Origin: Campylobacterota bacterium
GTDB lineage: Bacteria > Campylobacterota > Campylobacteria > Campylobacterales > Arcobacteraceae
Assembly: GCA_051746405.1 (NCBI GenBank)
Contig: JBNJFB010000039.1
Coordinates: 1-23,035, forward strand
DNA: 23,035 nucleotides
Reading direction: 5' to 3'
This document shows, one piece after another, positions 18,224-23,035 of the stretch. A program made the translations under genes and the position numbers. The notes under the pieces were generated by a model. That model was not told the origin of the DNA and did no database searches. It saw only the letters and a list, made by a program, of their open reading frames with translations. Each line of letters opens with the position of its first letter. Position 1 is the first letter of the stretch.

Positions 18224-19309
18224 ATGAGAATTATATTTATTCTAACACTACTTTTAAGCACTCTTTTTTCAAGTGAACACTACACAAATAAACAAATAAA
18301 AAATATGATAGCTAAAATGGTTATTATTGGTTTTGATGGAACAAAAATATCTTCAAGTAGCAAAATATATCAAGATATACAGAAGTATAATTTAGGTGGG
18401 GTTATTCTTTTTGATAAGAATTTAAAGAATAAAAGTATCAAAAAAAACATCATAAACCCTTCTTTATTAAAAGAGTTAACTTCAAGTCTTCAAAGTATAA
18501 GAGATGAAAAGCTACTAATAGCAATAGATCAAGAAGGTGGAGTTGTACAACGCTTAAAAAAAAGTAATGGTTTTATTAGTACCCCATCTGCAAAGCAAAT
18601 TGCTTCAGAAGATAAAGAGTTTGCAAAACAAGCTTACTCTAACCTTGCAATACAATTAAAAAACAACGGTATAAATGTAAATTTTGCCCCAGTTGTTGAC
18701 CTTAGTATAAATTCAAAAAATAAAGTCATATATAAACTTAATAGATCATACTCTAATAAGCCAGATATAGTTGTAAAATTTGCCTCTATTTTTTTAGAAG
18801 AACTAAATAAAGAGAACATAATTTCTGTTGTTAAACATTTTCCAGGGCATGGTTCTTCTTATGGGGACTCACATCAGGGGTTTGTAGATATTACTAATAC
18901 CTGGCAAGAAAAAGAGTTAGAACCTTACAAGAAATTAATTAAAAATGATAGTCTAAATATGGTAATGACAGCCCATGTATATAATAAAAATTTAGATGAT
19001 AAGTATCCTGCTACTTTGTCTTATAAAATAAATACAAAGCTACTTAGAGAAACCCTTGATTATAAAGGTTTAATAGTAAGTGATGATTTACAAATGAAAG
19101 CTATTTCAAAGCATTATAACTTAAAGCAGACTGTAAAGTTAGCTATTAATGCAGGAGTTAATATATTGCTTTTTGGAAATCAATTAGGTGAGATTAAGCT
19201 TGAAACTATTATAAATAGTGTTTTTAAACAAATAAAAAAAGGTGAAATTCCCCTAGGTGCTATTGTAAAATCAAATAAAAAAATAGCAAATCTACTACAA
19301 AAATTGTAG
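18224..19309 (+). CDS. nagZ: Exported GH3 beta-N-acetylhexosaminidase (NagZ-like)
   Basis: GGVILF, IAIDQEGG.VQRL, FAPVVDL, KHFPGHG....DSH (NagZ signature) and SDDLQM; N-terminal signal peptide. Confidence 0.88.
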   Translation: MRIIFILTLLLSTLFSSEHYTNKQIKNMIAKMVIIGFDGTKISSSSKIYQDIQKYNLGGVILFDKNLKNKSIKKNIINPSLLKELTSSLQSIRDEKLLIAIDQEGGVVQRLKKSNGFISTPSAKQIASEDKEFAKQAYSNLAIQLKNNGINVNFAPVVDLSINSKNKVIYKLNRSYSNKPDIVVKFASIFLEELNKENIISVVKHFPGHGSSYGDSHQGFVDITNTWQEKELEPYKKLIKNDSLNMVMTAHVYNKNLDDKYPATLSYKINTKLLRETLDYKGLIVSDDLQMKAISKHYNLKQTVKLAINAGVNILLFGNQLGEIKLETIINSVFKQIKKGEIPLGAIVKSNKKIANLLQKL

Positions 19310-19317
19310 GTTTTATT

Positions 19318-19578
19318 ATGGAAACTTTAAATTTAAGCGATCAAAATTTAGAAAAGATACCCCATCATATTTTTTTATTAAAAGATTTAAAAAAGTTATA
19401 TCTTTGGAATAATAATATCTCAAATCTTCCAAAAGAGATTAAGAACTTAGATTTATCTTCTAATATGGTTAAAAATGTGCCTTCTTGGTTATTAAATCTT
19501 GAAAATCTAAGAAGGCTTTGTATAGAAAATAATAAGATAGAAAAACTCCCAGATGAGTTAATAAAAAAAATATTTTAA
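19318..19578 (+). CDS. Short leucine-rich-repeat protein, possibly eroded
   Basis: Four LxxLxLxxNxLxxLP-like units in 86 aa, the second one shortened. Confidence 0.65.
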   Translation: METLNLSDQNLEKIPHHIFLLKDLKKLYLWNNNISNLPKEIKNLDLSSNMVKNVPSWLLNLENLRRLCIENNKIEKLPDELIKKIF

Positions 19579-19665
19579 AAGACTTTAGTTACTAGAACTA
19601 AAAAATATACTTAAAAACTAAAACAGGCATAAAAATTATAAATCCAAATACTATAGTCATAACTT

Positions 19666-20355
19666 TTACTTTTTATATACTGCAAAGTAGTGTGGTACAC
19701 TAGGCGTTTGGTTGTCATCATAAGCTAAGAAGCTTAGCTCACTTAAGTTATCTTTTGTTTTAAACTCATCTAGTTCTGATTTTGCTAGTGGCTTTGGTAT
19801 TTCATCTTCTTTTTCATACTCATCTCTACTTCTACAAGAAACTAAAATATACCCACCTTTTGCAATAAGAAAGCTCATAGCTTTTCTTGCTTTTTTTCTA
19901 TAATCATTTGGCAAAACTTGAATAGTATTGCACTCATAAACCACATCAAAACTCTCAAACCACTTCTTTGGGTAGTCAAATAAATCAGCTACTACAAACT
20001 GCACTTTTGTATTTGGGTATCTTTTTTTACATAAACCTATTGCAGTTTGTGAAATATCAAAAGCAGTAACCTCAAAGCCAAAATCACTTAAAGCCTGTGC
20101 ATCATCGCCAACACCACAGCCAATAACACAAGCTTTTTTATTTGGTTTTTCTATTGGGTTGTTTTTAAGCCAGTTTGTTAAATAAGCACTAGGTTGTAAA
20201 TCAGCCCAAAAAACTTTATTATAATCACCATTTGCACTTTGGTAAACATAGTCAAACCAACCTGTGGGATTATCACTTTCTTGATGGGATTTTACCATCT
20301 TTTTATATTGGTCTGCATTGAAAAACTCTTTGCTTAAAAAGCTTAAATCTTGCAT
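19666..20355 (-). CDS. Class I SAM-dependent methyltransferase (thiopurine/thiol methyltransferase-like)
   Basis: Motif I VIGCGVGDDA, plus VTAFDISQTAI, FVVADLF and FDVVYE. Confidence 0.88.
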   Translation of the reverse strand: MQDLSFLSKEFFNADQYKKMVKSHQESDNPTGWFDYVYQSANGDYNKVFWADLQPSAYLTNWLKNNPIEKPNKKACVIGCGVGDDAQALSDFGFEVTAFDISQTAIGLCKKRYPNTKVQFVVADLFDYPKKWFESFDVVYECNTIQVLPNDYRKKARKAMSFLIAKGGYILVSCRSRDEYEKEDEIPKPLAKSELDEFKTKDNLSELSFLAYDDNQTPSVPHYFAVYKK

Positions 20356-20498
20356 ATTGTACCTTCTGTTTTTAGAATCTTATCACAGTTTATTTAAATA
20401 TGTCATTTATTTTTTGCTTTAAATTGTTCTTCTAGATTTTTAAGTTCATCTGCATTTTCTTGAGTTTATTTGATATATAATAAAATCAAGCTTTTTTG

Positions 20499-20822
20499 CT
20501 AGTATTTATTAAAATGAAGATTTACAAGTTCAGTTAACTCTTCATCGCTTAATGTTTCTTTATCAGTTTTTGAATATATTGAGATTAGTATAATATTTTC
20601 TTCTACTTGCTTATAAATAATAACTCTAAAACCACCACTTTTACCTGTGGGAATTGAAGAGTTTTTAACTCGTTTTTTATAAAGCTCACAACCTAAATAT
20701 ACTCCTAAGTCTTTATTAGTTGTAATCTCATTTACAGCTTGTTTTAAATCTGTCTTTAGTAGTTTATATTTTTTTGATAGTTTTTTAGCTTCTTTTAAAA
20801 AGTTATCACTATATTCAATCAT
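20499..20822 (-). CDS. Type II toxin, RelE/ParE superfamily
   Basis: F.KEAKKL.KKY, YKKRV....GKSGGFRVIIY and L.SIYSK.DKE. Overlaps the antitoxin gene by 8 nt. Confidence 0.88.
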   Translation of the reverse strand: MIEYSDNFLKEAKKLSKKYKLLKTDLKQAVNEITTNKDLGVYLGCELYKKRVKNSSIPTGKSGGFRVIIYKQVEENIILISIYSKTDKETLSDEELTELVNLHFNKY

Positions 20823-21102
20823 CCAATTGTTCCCATAGTGTATCTATTGAATGAGTTTTTTTATCTTTAACATCTTTTAGACCATTTTTTATAGAAGTTA
20901 ATATTTTTTTTGCTTCTACTTCTTTTAAAGCCTCTTTCATAAATTCATACTCATCTTTTGATATAACTACAGCTTCAACTTTGTTGTTTTTTAATATAGC
21001 TAGTTTATCTACACTATGATTTTTAATTTGTGTTAAGTATGTTCCAAACTTTTTTGCAAACTCTGAAGAAGGTATTAATTCATTTGTTCCATATGTTACC
21101 AT
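20815..21102 (-). CDS. Type II antitoxin, Phd/YefM family
   Basis: IPSSEFAKKFG.YL and ILKNNKVEAVVISKDEYE Phd-fold pattern; directly upstream of the RelE-like toxin. Confidence 0.88.
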   Translation of the reverse strand: MVTYGTNELIPSSEFAKKFGTYLTQIKNHSVDKLAILKNNKVEAVVISKDEYEFMKEALKEVEAKKILTSIKNGLKDVKDKKTHSIDTLWEQLDD

Positions 21103-21120
21103 AATATTTTCCTATAAGTT

Positions 21121-21166
21121 TTACGTAATATTTTGTAGATTATAGCAAAAATACTTATATTTACAA
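21121..21166 (-). promoter_or_regulatory. TA operon promoter with putative operator
   Basis: TTGTAA-16 nt-TATAAT with an extended TG (TGCTATAAT, 21147-21139), followed by the TTACGTAA palindrome (21121-21128) before the AGGA RBS. Confidence 0.5.
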
Positions 21167-21206
21167 ATAAAATGACTATTTTATTTCTATTGATTTTTTT
21201 ATTTTT

Positions 21207-22019
21207 TTACACCTCATAAGATAGGCTATTTTTATAGCTTATAATTTTTCTATCTTCGTATAGTATATGATTTATCAGCCATATATCCATATACTCAATT
21301 AGTTTTTTTTCAAACTCTTCTAGTTTCATTTTGTTTATCTCTTTTATAAATTCATTCATTTGATTAATGATATCTTCATGTAAGGTTTTATGATACTCTA
21401 TTTCAGGATAGTCTATTTTTTCCATGTATTGCTCTTCGTGTTCGAAGTGTTTTTTCATATACTCATAAAGCTCTTTAATAGTAAGTTTAATATGTGATTT
21501 AATATCTGTATTGTGATAGTCTAAAGCTTTTAATGCAATATTAAATAGCTCTTTATGCTCTTTATCAATGGTATCATCAAATACTTTATAATCACTTCTC
21601 CACATAAAGTGTGTTTTTAACTCTTTTCTATTTTTTCTTTGGTGGTGAAATTTTTTATCTTCTATTAGTATATGTTGAACTATATTATTACTTACAATAT
21701 CACTTAATGCCGCAAATAGTTTTTCTTGAGAAAAATTATTGATATTTTTAACTACATTTGTTAAGTTTGCTACTATATTCTCATGTAGTTTTTTATGATT
21801 TTCAAAATCTTTATAACCAATTGACTTCATGAAATTCTCTTCATTTTTAAAATGATACTTTGTATATTTAATCAGCTCTTTTAAAAGTTCTAGAATCTTT
21901 TTACTATCATCTTTATATTTATAAATATCCTGGGCAATATCAAAAAGTTTTTTATGTTCTGCATCTATTTTTTCATGCCCCACTGAAAATGCTTTGTCCC
22001 ATGTGATAAAATTTTTCAT
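21207..22019 (-). CDS. Two-domain bacteriohemerythrin
   Basis: Two full di-iron ligand sets: IDAEH/HFKNEE/HKKLH/HILIED and IDKEH/HFEHEE/HKTLH/HILYED. Confidence 0.92.
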   Translation of the reverse strand: MKNFITWDKAFSVGHEKIDAEHKKLFDIAQDIYKYKDDSKKILELLKELIKYTKYHFKNEENFMKSIGYKDFENHKKLHENIVANLTNVVKNINNFSQEKLFAALSDIVSNNIVQHILIEDKKFHHQRKNRKELKTHFMWRSDYKVFDDTIDKEHKELFNIALKALDYHNTDIKSHIKLTIKELYEYMKKHFEHEEQYMEKIDYPEIEYHKTLHEDIINQMNEFIKEINKMKLEEFEKKLIEYMDIWLINHILYEDRKIISYKNSLSYEV

Positions 22020-22238
22020 AAACTGCCTTTATTATAAATAATTGATTCGTGTTATTATAGTAAGTGAATATCTCTTTTTTATCACTTTTAGATTATTTTA
22101 GATTTTTTTAATAAAAAAGTTACTCAAAGTCACATATTTATAAAGCTATATAAGATTTATTTTGTGATTTCATTGGACTAAAGTAAAACAAAGCCAATTT
22201 TTGTATATTGTAGTTATATTTTATATTGGGATAGATAG

Positions 22239-23035
22239 ATGAAGATATTAGTTGAATTACCAGAGTTGATGGAAGATACTGTTTTTATAACTCCTGCTAT
22301 TGAAAATCTTTTGAAGCATTATAAAAATGCACAAGTTACTTTTGTAGGTTCGGATGTCTCTACACAGTTATTTGCTAAAGATGATAGAATAAGTGATTTG
22401 ATAGTTGAGGATACAAGCAAGAGTATTTTTACACTTATTTCACTTTTTAGATTAGCAAAAAGTTTTGATGAACAAGATTTGTTAGTCTCCTTTAAAAACA
22501 GTTTTTTAGCTAAGTTTTTTGTATATTTTGTAGATGCAAAAAAGAAGATGATTTTTAATATGGAGGATATAAAAAACAGTCATAAAGTAGAAGTTTACAA
22601 TGATTTTATGAATAAAGTATTAGATACTTCTTATAAAGCTGGTGATTTGATGTTGAGGTTTAAACCTAAGTGGTATAAGAAGACTACTTTTGGTATTCAT
22701 CCAGGTTCAACCTATGCAGATGTAAAAAGAATGCCTGCTAAAGAGTTTGCTAAAATTGCAGTTGCACTATCAGTAAAGTATGATATTGTTCTTCTTGGTG
22801 GAAAAAATGAGATTGATGCCTGTGCTATTATGGAAGAAGAGCTTAAAGCAAACGGTATTTCAAACTATGAGAATCTTGCAGGTAAAACATCTGTTCCCCA
22901 ATTAATTGAAAAAATAGCACCTTTGGATCTATTTTTAGGAATTGATTGTGGACCTATACAAATAGCTGCTGTTTATAGGGTGAACTCTATGATTATCCCA
23001 ACTTCTTATGAAAATATAAACATAAGAAACCAATG
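22239..23035 (+). CDS. Glycosyltransferase family 9 (WaaF/heptosyltransferase-like), 3' end outside the window
   Basis: Not in the ORF track. Manual translation MKILVELPELMEDTVFITPAIENL...GIHPGSTYADVKR...NLAGKTSVPQLIEKIAPLDLFLGIDCGP... is open to the window end. Confidence 0.85.
   Translation, partial: MKILVELPELMEDTVFITPAIENLLKHYKNAQVTFVGSDVSTQLFAKDDRISDLIVEDTSKSIFTLISLFRLAKSFDEQDLLVSFKNSFLAKFFVYFVDAKKKMIFNMEDIKNSHKVEVYNDFMNKVLDTSYKAGDLMLRFKPKWYKKTTFGIHPGSTYADVKRMPAKEFAKIAVALSVKYDIVLLGGKNEIDACAIMEEELKANGISNYENLAGKTSVPQLIEKIAPLDLFLGIDCGPIQIAAVYRVNSMIIPTSYENINIRNQ

Noticed and set aside
9814..18819. Minus-strand ORFs 9814-10056, 16029-16250, 17098-17301, 17416-17637 and 18634-18819
   Set aside because: Antisense to well-supported genes; their composition mirrors the codon bias of the sense strand.
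20470..22056. FNR-like boxes (TTGAT...ATCAA at about 20470-20489; TTGAT upstream of the hemerythrin)
   Set aside because: Spacing is 10 nt rather than 4, or only a half-site is present; expected by chance in AT-rich DNA.
1..23035. CRISPR array, IS element, riboswitch or phase-variable poly-G/C tract
   Set aside because: No regularly spaced repeats, transposase ORF, recognisable aptamer consensus or long G/C run seen by eye. Intergenic gaps are short, and poly-A/T runs fit the base composition. Infernal/Rfam was not run.

Overview
Very AT-rich chromosomal segment of a Campylobacterota bacterium; gene content and protein style suggest Arcobacteraceae (inference). Left block (minus strand): glutathione peroxidase, PnuC transporter, choline/thiamine-kinase-like phosphotransferase, an exported unknown protein, uvrC, alr and a truncated Sel1-repeat gene. 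Then an unannotated 29-codon membrane ORF, a CheY-like receiver, tRNA-Pro(TGG), a SprT-like protease and a membrane J-domain protein. Central plus-strand block: L-lactate permease, two tandem ankyrin paralogs, a mini J-domain protein, an atypical ADP-ribosylglycohydrolase, a PsiE-family protein, a tandem-Cache chemoreceptor, a GH3/NagZ-like enzyme and a small LRR ORF. Right block: SAM methyltransferase, a Phd/YefM-RelE toxin-antitoxin pair, a two-domain hemerythrin and a truncated, divergent GT9 heptosyltransferase. I saw no integrase, transposase, CRISPR array or riboswitch. No new system can be proven from the sequence alone. The best candidates are the ankyrin-ankyrin-J-domain-ARH-PsiE cluster, a GPx gene with two RBS/start pairs, and the 29-aa membrane peptide.
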